Shown in pieces: positions 28,894 through 37,441 of a stretch of 52,456 nt of DNA. The notes under the pieces are model-generated. The model was given only the letters and a program-made list of their open reading frames with translations. It did not search any database and was not told the origin of the DNA. This DNA comes from an uncultured Pirellulaceae bacterium. GTDB taxonomy: Bacteria > Planctomycetota > Planctomycetia > Pirellulales > Pirellulaceae. Where the stretch lies: NCBI GenBank assembly GCA_964400585.1, contig CAYNVI010000001.1, positions 1 to 52,456 on the forward strand. The letters run 5' to 3'. Position 1 is the stretch's first letter; the number at the start of each line of letters is the position of its first letter. Both the position numbers and the translations under genes were made by a program.

Positions 28894-29063
28894 TTCTGCT
28901 GCTTCTTATGGAGAGGTTGGAGGAGAGGGGGACGGGCGAGGCAGCCAAGTGAGGCGGCCGAGCGAGGGACCGCGGGCTGGGGCGGCACGCCAGCGCATCG
29001 CGGACGCGGCGGCGTGCCGGCCGGGGTGGCGGCCGACACCGCAGCCCCGCGGCGGGCTACCGG

Positions 29064-30107
29064 TTACGCTTCCCAGCCGTGCGCTTCCTGGACCGCGACC
29101 ATCGCGGCCAGGATCTTGTTCCAGGTGGCGGGCTGCATCATCACCTCGTTGGGGAACATGCAACCGTCCCAGCAGATGTGCTTGATCGTTGTCAGCACGT
29201 CGCCGTGTTCATCCCGCAGCCAATAGCCGGCATCGCGGACGATATCGAGCTTGCCGTTCGGGTCATCGGGCAAGCAGTGACGGCCCGTCTTGTCGTGGGT
29301 CCCCGTCCCATGGACCGTAGCGTCGTTCTGGGCGACGTGGAAATCGATCGTCCAGGGGCGGAGTGCGTGCGTCAGTTCCTGCAGGGCCGCGTCCTTTTGG
29401 GACTGATCCTGCCAGTCGTAATCAGGAGGAAGGATCGCGTCTTCGGGCGCGTTATAGCCCATCAGGTAAAGCAGCGTATGCGCCATGTCGGCTTGGAACC
29501 CGAACCGTTCGGGGTGCCCGACCCGTTCCAACAAGTCGACCATTTTCCGCCAACTGTGCATCCCACCCCAGCAGATCTCGCCCTCGGCGGCCAGCTGTTC
29601 GTCGTATTCCTCAGCGATGTCGCAGGCCGCCTTGAAGGTGTCGGCGATCTTCGACTGGTTCCGGTCCGGGGCACTGAGCCAATCCTCGACCGAGGTCGCG
29701 CTATCGAGCCGGATCACCCCATAGGGTCGAACATCCAGTTCCCGCAGCTTCTTGGCGAGCTGACAGGCCTTCCGGACCTGCCGCAGGAAAGCCTCGACCT
29801 GTTCGGGGGAGCCCATCGCCGAACCGCCGCCCGTCGGTTCCCAGACCGGGGCGACGACCGAGCCGATCACCAGTCCGCGGCTTTTGACCCGCGTGGCCAG
29901 ATCTTCCAGTTCCTGATCGGTCGCATCGATCGAAACGTGAGGATCGAAGAGGAACAGGTCGACGCCGTCGAACTTGCGGCCGTTGACTTCGGCGGCCGCC
30001 GTCAGGTCCAGCAGGGTGTCGAGTTCGATCGGGGGATCGTTCCCTTCGCCTCCTTTACCGACAACACCGGGCCAGGCTGCGTTATGAAGTTTGGGATAGT
30101 TGTTCAT
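29064..30107 (-). CDS. Xylose-isomerase-like TIM-barrel protein (sugar phosphate isomerase/epimerase family)
   Basis: 347-aa ORF. MNNYPKLHNAAWPGVVGKG...GVDLFLFDPH...IRLDSA...EGEICWGGMH...FGFQADMAHT fits the AP-endonuclease-2/xylose-isomerase-like barrel. Confidence 0.8.
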   Translation of the reverse strand: MNNYPKLHNAAWPGVVGKGGEGNDPPIELDTLLDLTAAAEVNGRKFDGVDLFLFDPHVSIDATDQELEDLATRVKSRGLVIGSVVAPVWEPTGGGSAMGSPEQVEAFLRQVRKACQLAKKLRELDVRPYGVIRLDSATSVEDWLSAPDRNQSKIADTFKAACDIAEEYDEQLAAEGEICWGGMHSWRKMVDLLERVGHPERFGFQADMAHTLLYLMGYNAPEDAILPPDYDWQDQSQKDAALQELTHALRPWTIDFHVAQNDATVHGTGTHDKTGRHCLPDDPNGKLDIVRDAGYWLRDEHGDVLTTIKHICWDGCMFPNEVMMQPATWNKILAAMVAVQEAHGWEA

Positions 30108-30181
30108 CGGGTCTGCCTTCTGCGGAGGAAATCAAAGAGGGAACGGGGGGGCGGCCGGGCGGAGCCCCGCCGCGCGGTGGT

Positions 30182-31435
30182 TCAGCTGCCGGCGGCGGGG
30201 ATCGCGTCACCGTGGACGTGCGGGCCGAAGTACCGCAGCCCGACCAACGGTTCGCTGCCGGTGTTTTCGATCGTCACGCCGGCGCTGGCCGCTTCGTGAC
30301 TGATGAAGACTTCGTCCTCGGTGTTTTCGCCGAAGCGAATCATCGCCGGGGTCTGCAGGTTCAATGATCCCATCTGCCCTTTGCCTTGGACCGTGATCCA
30401 AGAACTCGCTCCCGGATCCTGCAAGGTGCATTTGGCCCCGGGCTGGACCGTCAATTCTTTGGCGCTGAACAGCTGGTCCCCAGCGACCGTGCCGTAGACG
30501 ATCCAAAGGTCTTCGTAACGGTCCCCGCTGCGGCTTTCGTCCCGCACCGGTTCCAGGTAGTTCGACTGCTTGAAGTGGGTATCGACGTTGCGGTCCCAGT
30601 CGAGCTGGCCGACGATGAAGTCGAGGTCCTGATGTTTGTCCTCCGGCATGTCCTTGACCAGCAAAGACCAAGGGACATAACGGCCTTCGACGATCGACTG
30701 GTACATCCCGAAGACATCGCTGCCCCACTGCGGTTCATACGTGCACAAGCTGCCGGGCGCGTGCAGCACCCCCGGGGGAATCAACCAGCCGGTGCCCCGC
30801 TTCAGGCGGTAGGCGCGGGACAGGTCGAGGATGCCGTTGTCGCCTTCGTTCCAGTTTTCCAGGCAACGGCGGACATCTTCCTGCCGCGTCCCCGGCTCCA
30901 GCCCCATGAACGTGTAGGCGAAGTTATTGTCGACGTTGTTCAGCTGGGGCGGAAAGTAATAGCTTTCTGGCTTCCCTTCCTGACCGACCAACTTGGCATC
31001 GTCGAACGACTGGTGCATGTGGTGCGGGATCGGGCCCATGTTGTCGAAGAATTTCGAATAGACGGGCCAGCGGCCGTAGCGGTCGAACATCGGAGCCCCG
31101 ATCAGCCGCGAACCGGCTTCTTCGATCGCGTCCTTGAGAAGAAACTTCTTGCCCTCAAACAGGCAGAAGCTGAACCCTTCGTGCCACACCCGGCCTTCGT
31201 TGGCCGCTTCGGTCGTGCTGCCAAACCAGCGCTCGTCGATCCCGCCCCGGTCGGCGCCGAACCGGTAGTAGTCGCTGGGGTGCAGCTTGATGCGGCGCCC
31301 CGGATGCAAGAACGAGCGCGGCACCCAGGTGGGCGTCAGCCGGAGCAATCCGCCCCCGGCCTCGAGTGCCGAATCGAGGATCGAGGCAACGCTGTCGCCT
31401 TTGACAAGGCCTTCATCAAGCTGAACGTTGGGCAT
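30182..31435 (-). CDS. Cupin / phosphomannose-isomerase-like protein (putative sugar isomerase)
   Basis: Track ORF 30182..31582 trimmed to the in-frame ATG 31435 (MPNVQLDEGLVKGD). ERWFGSTTEA, GPIPHHMHQS and LIPPGVLHAPGS resemble type-I PMI/cupin metal sites. The family assignment is tentative. Confidence 0.65.
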   Translation of the reverse strand: MPNVQLDEGLVKGDSVASILDSALEAGGGLLRLTPTWVPRSFLHPGRRIKLHPSDYYRFGADRGGIDERWFGSTTEAANEGRVWHEGFSFCLFEGKKFLLKDAIEEAGSRLIGAPMFDRYGRWPVYSKFFDNMGPIPHHMHQSFDDAKLVGQEGKPESYYFPPQLNNVDNNFAYTFMGLEPGTRQEDVRRCLENWNEGDNGILDLSRAYRLKRGTGWLIPPGVLHAPGSLCTYEPQWGSDVFGMYQSIVEGRYVPWSLLVKDMPEDKHQDLDFIVGQLDWDRNVDTHFKQSNYLEPVRDESRSGDRYEDLWIVYGTVAGDQLFSAKELTVQPGAKCTLQDPGASSWITVQGKGQMGSLNLQTPAMIRFGENTEDEVFISHEAASAGVTIENTGSEPLVGLRYFGPHVHGDAIPAAGS

Positions 31436-31707
31436 CCGCAGGGCTTCCTGATAATCGGGGCAGCCCCGCCAGGCGTCGCACGCGGTCCGGCAGAGAAGCC
31501 CGGAGACGGCGGCGGCACGGGACTGAAAAGGGGGATCGAAGGACCGAACAAAAAAACGCCGCGTACCCCCTTGAGGAGCCAACGGCGCGGGATGATTGTT
31601 TTATGCTCTGCGGTCGACAGTTTCAAGTAATGGGGCAGCCAGCGCCGGCACGTTCCCCCTTGTTGCCGAGCCCGCCTCGCCCCCCCGCCAAGCCCCAGGA
31701 ATTCGTG

Positions 31708-32787
31708 ATGGCAACGCATTGGGATGAACGTGTCCGCTGGGAACCCTCCCCCTCGCTCTGCCCGGCGGAAATCCGCACCGCGGCCGGCAGCGTGCGGGTC
31801 CGCCAGGGCCATTTTTTCGATGGGGCCGCCGCCGGCGTCGAAGTGATCGAGATCGATTCGGGCATCACCCGGGTCGTCGTGCTGCCTACCCGCGGCATGG
31901 GCATCTGGCAGCTGGAAGCGAGCGGGAAGCGGTTCGGCTGGCAGTCTCCGGTCGCCGGACCCGTGCACCCGCACTGGGTGCCGACCTGGGACCCCAGCGG
32001 ACTCGGCTGGCTGGAGGGGTTCGACGAGCTACTGGTCCGCTGCGGTCTGGAGAGCAACGGGGCTCCGGAACACGACGAAGCGGGGCGACTGCAATACCCC
32101 TTACACGGACGCGTCGCCAATCTCCCGGCCGGCCAACTGGCGATCGCGGTCGACGAAACCACCGGCGGGGTGACGCTGTCGGGCGAAATCCTCGAATCGC
32201 GGCTCTTCTTCAAACGCCTGCGGCTCCGCAGTGCCCTCACCGTCACCGCCGGCAAAGCGACCGTCGAGATCGAAGATACGATCACGAACGAACGATCGGC
32301 CCCGGCCACCGCCCAACTGCTCTACCACATCAACGTCGGCGCGCCTGTCTTGGGAGAGGGCGCCGAGGTCGTGGGAGATTTCCACGAAGTCACTCCCAAG
32401 GATGAACAAGCGGCCAAGGAGCTGGAAGCATGGACGCAGATCGGCCCGCCGCAAGCGGGCTACGCCGAGCGGGTCTACTTTACCAAGCCGGCGGTCGACG
32501 CCGCGGGCCAGGCCGCGGCGATGCTGCGAGCCGCCGACCAAGCGAGCGGGCTGGGCGTGACCTTTGATTCCCAGACGCTTCCCCACTTCGTGGTCTGGAA
32601 GAACACGGGGGCCGAAAGCGATGGCTATGTCGTCGGCCTCGAACCGGCAACCAATCTGCCGAACCCGCGTTCGGTCGAGACCGAAGCGGGACGCGTGATC
32701 CAGCTTGCCCCCCAGGAAACGTCTCGGTTTCGCGTCCAACTGCATCCGCTGACCAGCCGAGCCGCCGTCGAGGCGTTTGGCCGATGA
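31708..32787 (+). CDS. Aldose-1-epimerase-like (DUF4432) protein
   Basis: Track ORF 31603..32787 trimmed to ATG 31708 (MATHWDERVRW). YPLHGRVANLPA, LLYHINVGAPVL and VVWKNTGAESDGYVVGLEPATN fit the mutarotase-like fold. Confidence 0.78.
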   Translation: MATHWDERVRWEPSPSLCPAEIRTAAGSVRVRQGHFFDGAAAGVEVIEIDSGITRVVVLPTRGMGIWQLEASGKRFGWQSPVAGPVHPHWVPTWDPSGLGWLEGFDELLVRCGLESNGAPEHDEAGRLQYPLHGRVANLPAGQLAIAVDETTGGVTLSGEILESRLFFKRLRLRSALTVTAGKATVEIEDTITNERSAPATAQLLYHINVGAPVLGEGAEVVGDFHEVTPKDEQAAKELEAWTQIGPPQAGYAERVYFTKPAVDAAGQAAAMLRAADQASGLGVTFDSQTLPHFVVWKNTGAESDGYVVGLEPATNLPNPRSVETEAGRVIQLAPQETSRFRVQLHPLTSRAAVEAFGR

Positions 32788-32803
32788 GCGGGAAAGGGGA
32801 TCG

Positions 32804-33319
32804 CTATTCGACCTCACTCGCCTCGATGTGGAAGACCGCAAAATGGGTCTTGCCGTCGGGATAGAGAAACGGCTTCTGCTTGAATTTTCCCTTCACCGTC
32901 ACCGGGCGAGTCGTGAAATCGATCGTCTTGCCGGGGACCATGTTGACGATCACGCTGTCGTAGAGCGCCGAGCCGGGACCAAAACAACATTCCTGGTTAT
33001 CGCGGACCAGCACGAATTCTTTGATGTCGGTCTCGGTAAACAGCGTCGAAGGGAGGATGTAGCCGCGGAGCTGCACCGTTTTCCCATCGAGTTTTTCGAT
33101 CGTTTCGGTTAGCATCGACTCGTGGAAGGGCTGCCCCTTTTCGATGTCAAACTTGAGGTCATCGAAAGTGATCTCGCCGCGGGCCACAGCCGCGGCGCGC
33201 GATTTGGCATCTTGATCGTCCGCGGATCCCTCGGGACCGGCGGCCGGCAGGCTGGAGTTGGCGACAGCGACCAACCAGAGGCTGGCGAGCCCAATCCGAA
33301 TCAGGCGTGGAAGACGCAA
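32804..33319 (-). CDS. Secreted DUF3299-like protein with a CCFG motif (paralog A)
   Basis: TTG start. Signal MRLPRLIRIGLASLWLVAVANSSLPAAG. Core: LDGKTVQLRGYILPS...EFVLVRDNQECCFGPGSALYDSVIVNM...VTVKGKF. Confidence 0.7.
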   Translation of the reverse strand: MRLPRLIRIGLASLWLVAVANSSLPAAGPEGSADDQDAKSRAAAVARGEITFDDLKFDIEKGQPFHESMLTETIEKLDGKTVQLRGYILPSTLFTETDIKEFVLVRDNQECCFGPGSALYDSVIVNMVPGKTIDFTTRPVTVKGKFKQKPFLYPDGKTHFAVFHIEASEVE

Positions 33320-33490
33320 AGGATTCTCGTTGGTTGAAGGTAGGAGCTATGGGCGAGGGGCCTGGGGTGGGGATCCGCTGCGTGGCGGCGATGGTGAAGC
33401 GCCGGCCAGCCCGTCGACCGCCATGCCATGGACAAGCCTGCAACCGACGCGCCAGGGGCAAACCAGCGCAGCACGCCGCGGCGCGATGCA

Positions 33491-34168
33491 TTAGCGGGAG
33501 TATTCGGCCCGCAGTCGATAAAAGACCGGATTGCTAAAATCATTGCTGCTCGCCCCTCGGGGATCAACCAGAAACTTCCCCGCCAGCTTTCGTTTGGTCA
33601 GCCCAGCACGGACAGTCTGCCCCCCCATCAGCGTGACTTCAATCATGTCACTACTCCGCGGCTGCCCGCCAAAACAGCAGGTCCCCAGGTCGGGAATCAG
33701 GACGAAACGCTGCAGCTGACCGTCCCCCGAGGCAGGGTGGATGTAGCCCTTCACGAAGATCGCTTCGCCGCTTAGGTCGACCGCCCGTTGGGTGGGCAGG
33801 TCGGCAGCCCCGACCGGCCGCTGCAATTCGCTGAAATGCACGCGTTCGAACCCGTCGGGAACCTCGGTGGCGTAGATATAGGCGTGTTCGCCGATGCCGC
33901 CCAGGAAGACGCAGGCGTTGAAGACCAGCCCCCCGATCGCCAGCGCGTATCCGCTGTACTCTTTGGGGTAAACGCGGGTCGCCCGCAGCCCCATCAGCGC
34001 GGCGGCGATGCCGAACAGGGCGATCACCAACAGGACTTTAAAGGTCGGGATCAGGCCGACGAGGGCGAGGACACCCAGCAGGATCGAGACAATCGCCGCC
34101 CGGCTGACGGCGCGATAGGGAAAGTCGACCGCTTCGGGTTCGCTTGACAGTTGGGCAACCGCACTCAT
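33491..34168 (-). CDS. Membrane-anchored DUF3299-like protein with a CCFG motif (paralog B)
   Basis: Track ORF 33491..34489 trimmed to the in-frame ATG 34168 (MSAVAQLSSEP). Two TM helices (AAIVSILLGVLALVGLIP, LLVIALFGIAAALMGL). Then LSGEAIFVKGYIHPA...RFVLIPDLGTCCFGGQPRSSDMIEVTL...LAGKF, which aligns with paralog A. Confidence 0.7.
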   Translation of the reverse strand: MSAVAQLSSEPEAVDFPYRAVSRAAIVSILLGVLALVGLIPTFKVLLVIALFGIAAALMGLRATRVYPKEYSGYALAIGGLVFNACVFLGGIGEHAYIYATEVPDGFERVHFSELQRPVGAADLPTQRAVDLSGEAIFVKGYIHPASGDGQLQRFVLIPDLGTCCFGGQPRSSDMIEVTLMGGQTVRAGLTKRKLAGKFLVDPRGASSNDFSNPVFYRLRAEYSR

Positions 34169-34277
34169 GCAATCTCTCGTCAGTCCTGGGCCGTCGCGCC
34201 GCCGCTCAGGATCAACCACGCGGTGATCATCAGGGAGGCGGCTGCCATCCCTGTTACGGTCAACAGACGGCCAGGGT

Positions 34278-35600
34278 TCACCCCGGTTGCCGCCGCCACC
34301 GGGGCTTTGGCGAGGGGGCCAACCGGCGTGCTTGAGAGGCGGCCAACGGCTGATTCGCCGCCAGCGGACCGACGGGACGCCCCGCTCCGACCAGCCCGAC
34401 CGCCGCCTCTGGAGGTCGCGACAGCGACGAAGAGGAATTCGGGCCGGGCGAGGACGACTGGACCGGCGCGGCGAAGAAGGTATTCGCACGCCGGACGCTA
34501 TCCGGATCGATCTGCTCGAGCTTCTTCAGGGCCGCCTCGGCTTCGGGCAAGGGGCAGGCACGAAGGTAATTGACGACCGGGACGCGAACCCAGTTGTTGT
34601 CCTCGTCGGCCGAGGCGAAGAGTTGCACCAGACGATCGATCTGGCTCCAGTCGCCCCAGCGGGCCAGGTCGGGAATCACCAGGTCGGCCAAATCGGTTCG
34701 GTCCAACACGAGATGGAGCGAAGGGAGGAGGGCCGAGCGGGGGATCGCTTCGCCTTCGGTGCCATGAAAGCGGATCGCCATGATCGCCGCATAGGTGTCG
34801 GCGTAGGGCGATTTCTTGTTGGCCAAGAATAGCTCGTCGACCAGCTCCAGCCCGTCTTCACCGGCCAGCGTCAAGTAGCAAGCGATCAACGCATCCAATC
34901 CGCTGCGGGTGCTCTTCTGTTCGCTGCGAAGCATCGATTCGAGCATCGGCAGATCCTGTTCCGAACCGCAAACCCCCAGCATCGTCAGGTACAGCCGCTT
35001 GCGGTCGGCCGGCATCTCCGGTTCCTTGATCCACTCGACCAGACGCTGCCGGTCCATTTGATCCTCGAGTTGGCGCACCGCCTGGTAGGGAGCGATCGCG
35101 AATTCGTCGTAGGCGTCACGGGCCAACATCGTCTCTTCGTCTTCGAGGTAGTCGCGGAAGAAGGCGAGGCGGGCGACGGCATCGTCGGGAAGGACGATCA
35201 CCTGGGCCAGGTATTTTTCACTGCGATCGCTGATCGGCAGGCACGACCACTGCATGTCGGGAGGGTCGACTCCGGAGAGCATGAACTTGCGGCCGTCGGT
35301 GACGTTGCCGTAGTAGACCGCCTCCACCGGTTTTCCTGCTTGGACGTGCTCTTCGCCCTTCAGCACCCGGGTGACCTTCAGCTTCACGACCCCGGTGTCG
35401 GGATCGCGATCTTGCCCCGGAATCGATTCGGCGATCACCACCGCATCCATCATCTCCATCTCTTGCCGCAGCGTTTGCGAAACCGCGCTGCAGAAGGGAC
35501 AGGCGAGGGCGTTGGAGGCGACGGTGAGGGTGAGCAAGCCGACCAACAGGGCCAAGGGAAAGGCAACCGGTCGGCGAAACGGGATGGCTCGTGTAGACAT
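34278..35600 (-). CDS. Secreted helical-repeat (HEAT-like) protein with an N-terminal CPFC motif
   Basis: The track starts at TTG 35603; ATG 35600 is preferred. Signal MSTRAIPFRRPVAFPLALLVGLLTLTVASNALA is directly followed by CPFCSAV. The rest is helical-repeat-like, with a Pro/Ala/Ser-rich tail. Confidence 0.75.
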   Translation of the reverse strand: MSTRAIPFRRPVAFPLALLVGLLTLTVASNALACPFCSAVSQTLRQEMEMMDAVVIAESIPGQDRDPDTGVVKLKVTRVLKGEEHVQAGKPVEAVYYGNVTDGRKFMLSGVDPPDMQWSCLPISDRSEKYLAQVIVLPDDAVARLAFFRDYLEDEETMLARDAYDEFAIAPYQAVRQLEDQMDRQRLVEWIKEPEMPADRKRLYLTMLGVCGSEQDLPMLESMLRSEQKSTRSGLDALIACYLTLAGEDGLELVDELFLANKKSPYADTYAAIMAIRFHGTEGEAIPRSALLPSLHLVLDRTDLADLVIPDLARWGDWSQIDRLVQLFASADEDNNWVRVPVVNYLRACPLPEAEAALKKLEQIDPDSVRRANTFFAAPVQSSSPGPNSSSSLSRPPEAAVGLVGAGRPVGPLAANQPLAASQARRLAPSPKPRWRRQPG

Positions 35601-35627
35601 CAAATTACCAGCGAATGGTGCGAGTCG

Positions 35628-35655
35628 GCCGCCCCCAGCGGGGCGGCGTTTTCTT
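35628..35655 (+). terminator. Plus-strand-oriented intrinsic-terminator-like hairpin inside a minus-strand operon spacer
   Basis: GCCGCCCC (35628..35635), loop CAGC, GGGGCGGC (35640..35647), then GTTTTCTT. That is a perfect 8-bp GC stem with a T-tract on the plus strand only. Confidence 0.4.
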
Positions 35656-35831
35656 AATCATAGGTGACGTGCCCGGGCGAAGTGAAGCGTTGACCGACGA
35701 TTTGCAAGGATTTGACGGTTCCTCCGCTTTCTGCCGAGCGGGAAACGGGGGCGGAGCGGGCAAACCTTGCGGACGCCGTGCTGGGCGGTTCCGGCCGTGC
35801 CTGAACACCTTTCCCGCCGTCTCCCCGCCGC

Positions 35832-37328
35832 TCAGGCATTCAGGTTCGCGCTGACGTCGGTCCGGTAGGCGATCATCGCGGGCAACAAACCGGCCAACGC
35901 CGCCAACCCCAACACGAGCGGCAGGATCAGGACCTCATAGGGGGAAGTGGTAAACAGGGTCACCTGCACGCCGGTTTGCTTCTCGATGAAGTCGCCGGCG
36001 AGCACGATCGCCACGTGGGCGAGCAGCCAGCCGAGCGCCCCGCCGATCACGGCGATCAGCAGGCTTTCGATCAGCACGATCGCCGTGACCGTGTCGCGAC
36101 GGGCCCCCAGCGCCCGCATCACGGCGATATCGCGGCGGCGATCGTTCATCGAGTTGTAGATACTGACCAGGATCCCCACGGCCGCCACCACACAGGTGAT
36201 CACCGTGATCACCATCAGGGCCGTCAGCAAGGGCGAGACGATGATCGTCAGCAGCTTGGTGATCTCGCCGACCGGAGCGGCCGCTTGGGCCCGCACCCCT
36301 TCGTTGATCACGTTCTGCATCTGAGGGCCGAAAAAGGGCATCCCGGTGCGGACCAGCACCGCGGTCACCTCGCGTTGAGGAATCGCCAGGGGCTTGTACC
36401 GCGGCGGCTGAGCCGGTTCGCCGTCGGCCGCGGCCGGGTCTGCGGTGGCGTCAATATCTGCGGTGGCGTCAGCATCTGCGGCGGCATCAGCATCTGCGGC
36501 GGCATCGGGCGGCGTGGCTTTGCGTTGCCCCGCCGGCGGAACCGGGTCCCCCTCGGCCGCAGCCGCTTCCCCCTCTTCCTCGATCGGCTTGGCGTGGCCG
36601 TCCATCAAGTAGAACCCTTCGAGGTTGACAAAGGCGGCTCGGTCATTGGGCGTGCCGGTGGGGGCGAGCACGCCGACGATCGTGAAGCCGAGATCATGGC
36701 CGTGCCCGGAGGGATCGCCATGGGTCGGGAAGATCTCATCGCCGACGCCCACCTGCATCGTCTCGGCGACCCGCCAGCCGATGACCGCTTCGAAGTAGCC
36801 ATGCTCGGGAGACTTTTCGACGAAGGCCCGGCCGGCAGAAAACTCGAACGGCTGGTCGACATCGGGGCCGTGCCGGAGCTTGCCAAAGAACTCGGGCGTC
36901 GTCCCCACGACGCGGAATTCTCCGAAATAGTCCCCCAGGGCCAAGGGAATCGCGAACCCACTCGGCTGGATATACGGCGCATAGCGGCCGGCCTTTTCGC
37001 CCAAGGCCGGGTCGCCGCCAAACTCCGCCACCGCCGCGGCCCGCTCGGCTTGCGACATGAATTCCATGTATTCGGTATAGGGCAGGTTCTCGATCGGCTG
37101 GCTGAGGTAATAGACCGAATTGAGCGTCAGCTGCAAGGCACTCCCCTTCGGCCCGACCACCAGGTTGTAGCCCACCGAGGCATTCCGCTGGAACGCGTCA
37201 GAGATGATCCCGTAGACCGAAAGGACCAACACGACCAACGCGACGCCCAGGGCCAACGAAACCGTCGTCAGGAAGCTGGAGAGGGCGCGCTGCAAAAAGT
37301 TACGCCAGGCGATTTGTAAGAGATTCAT
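35832..37328 (-). CDS. FtsX/MacB-type ABC transporter permease
   Basis: MNLLQIAWRNFLQRALSSFLTTVSLALGVALVV marks TM1. It is followed by a large extracytoplasmic domain and then the C-terminal three-TM FtsX module (NDRRRDIAVMRALGARR...). AAGGA lies 5 nt before ATG 37328. Confidence 0.88.
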   Translation of the reverse strand: MNLLQIAWRNFLQRALSSFLTTVSLALGVALVVLVLSVYGIISDAFQRNASVGYNLVVGPKGSALQLTLNSVYYLSQPIENLPYTEYMEFMSQAERAAAVAEFGGDPALGEKAGRYAPYIQPSGFAIPLALGDYFGEFRVVGTTPEFFGKLRHGPDVDQPFEFSAGRAFVEKSPEHGYFEAVIGWRVAETMQVGVGDEIFPTHGDPSGHGHDLGFTIVGVLAPTGTPNDRAAFVNLEGFYLMDGHAKPIEEEGEAAAAEGDPVPPAGQRKATPPDAAADADAAADADATADIDATADPAAADGEPAQPPRYKPLAIPQREVTAVLVRTGMPFFGPQMQNVINEGVRAQAAAPVGEITKLLTIIVSPLLTALMVITVITCVVAAVGILVSIYNSMNDRRRDIAVMRALGARRDTVTAIVLIESLLIAVIGGALGWLLAHVAIVLAGDFIEKQTGVQVTLFTTSPYEVLILPLVLGLAALAGLLPAMIAYRTDVSANLNA

Positions 37329-37356
37329 GAGGTCCTTACGGGAGGCGACGGAGGAG

Positions 37357-37428
37357 CGGGACGCGGGACGCGGGGAGCGGGGAGCGGGGAGCGGGGAGCG
37401 GGGAGCGGGGAGCGGGGAGGCCGGGGAG
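37357..37428. repeat. Heptanucleotide microsatellite (CGGGGAG)n
   Basis: Seven perfect tandem CGGGGAG units at 37371..37419. They are flanked by two degenerate units (CGGGACG x2, 37357..37370) and one more perfect unit at 37422..37428. The array lies in the 113-nt spacer between the ABC ATPase stop and the permease start. Confidence 0.95.
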
Positions 37429-37441
37429 GAAGGCAGACCGA

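Noticed and set aside
35976-37319. 447-aa plus-strand ORF
   Set aside because: It is antisense to the FtsX permease. The product is His/Arg/Asp/Gly-rich and has no TM or domain signature.
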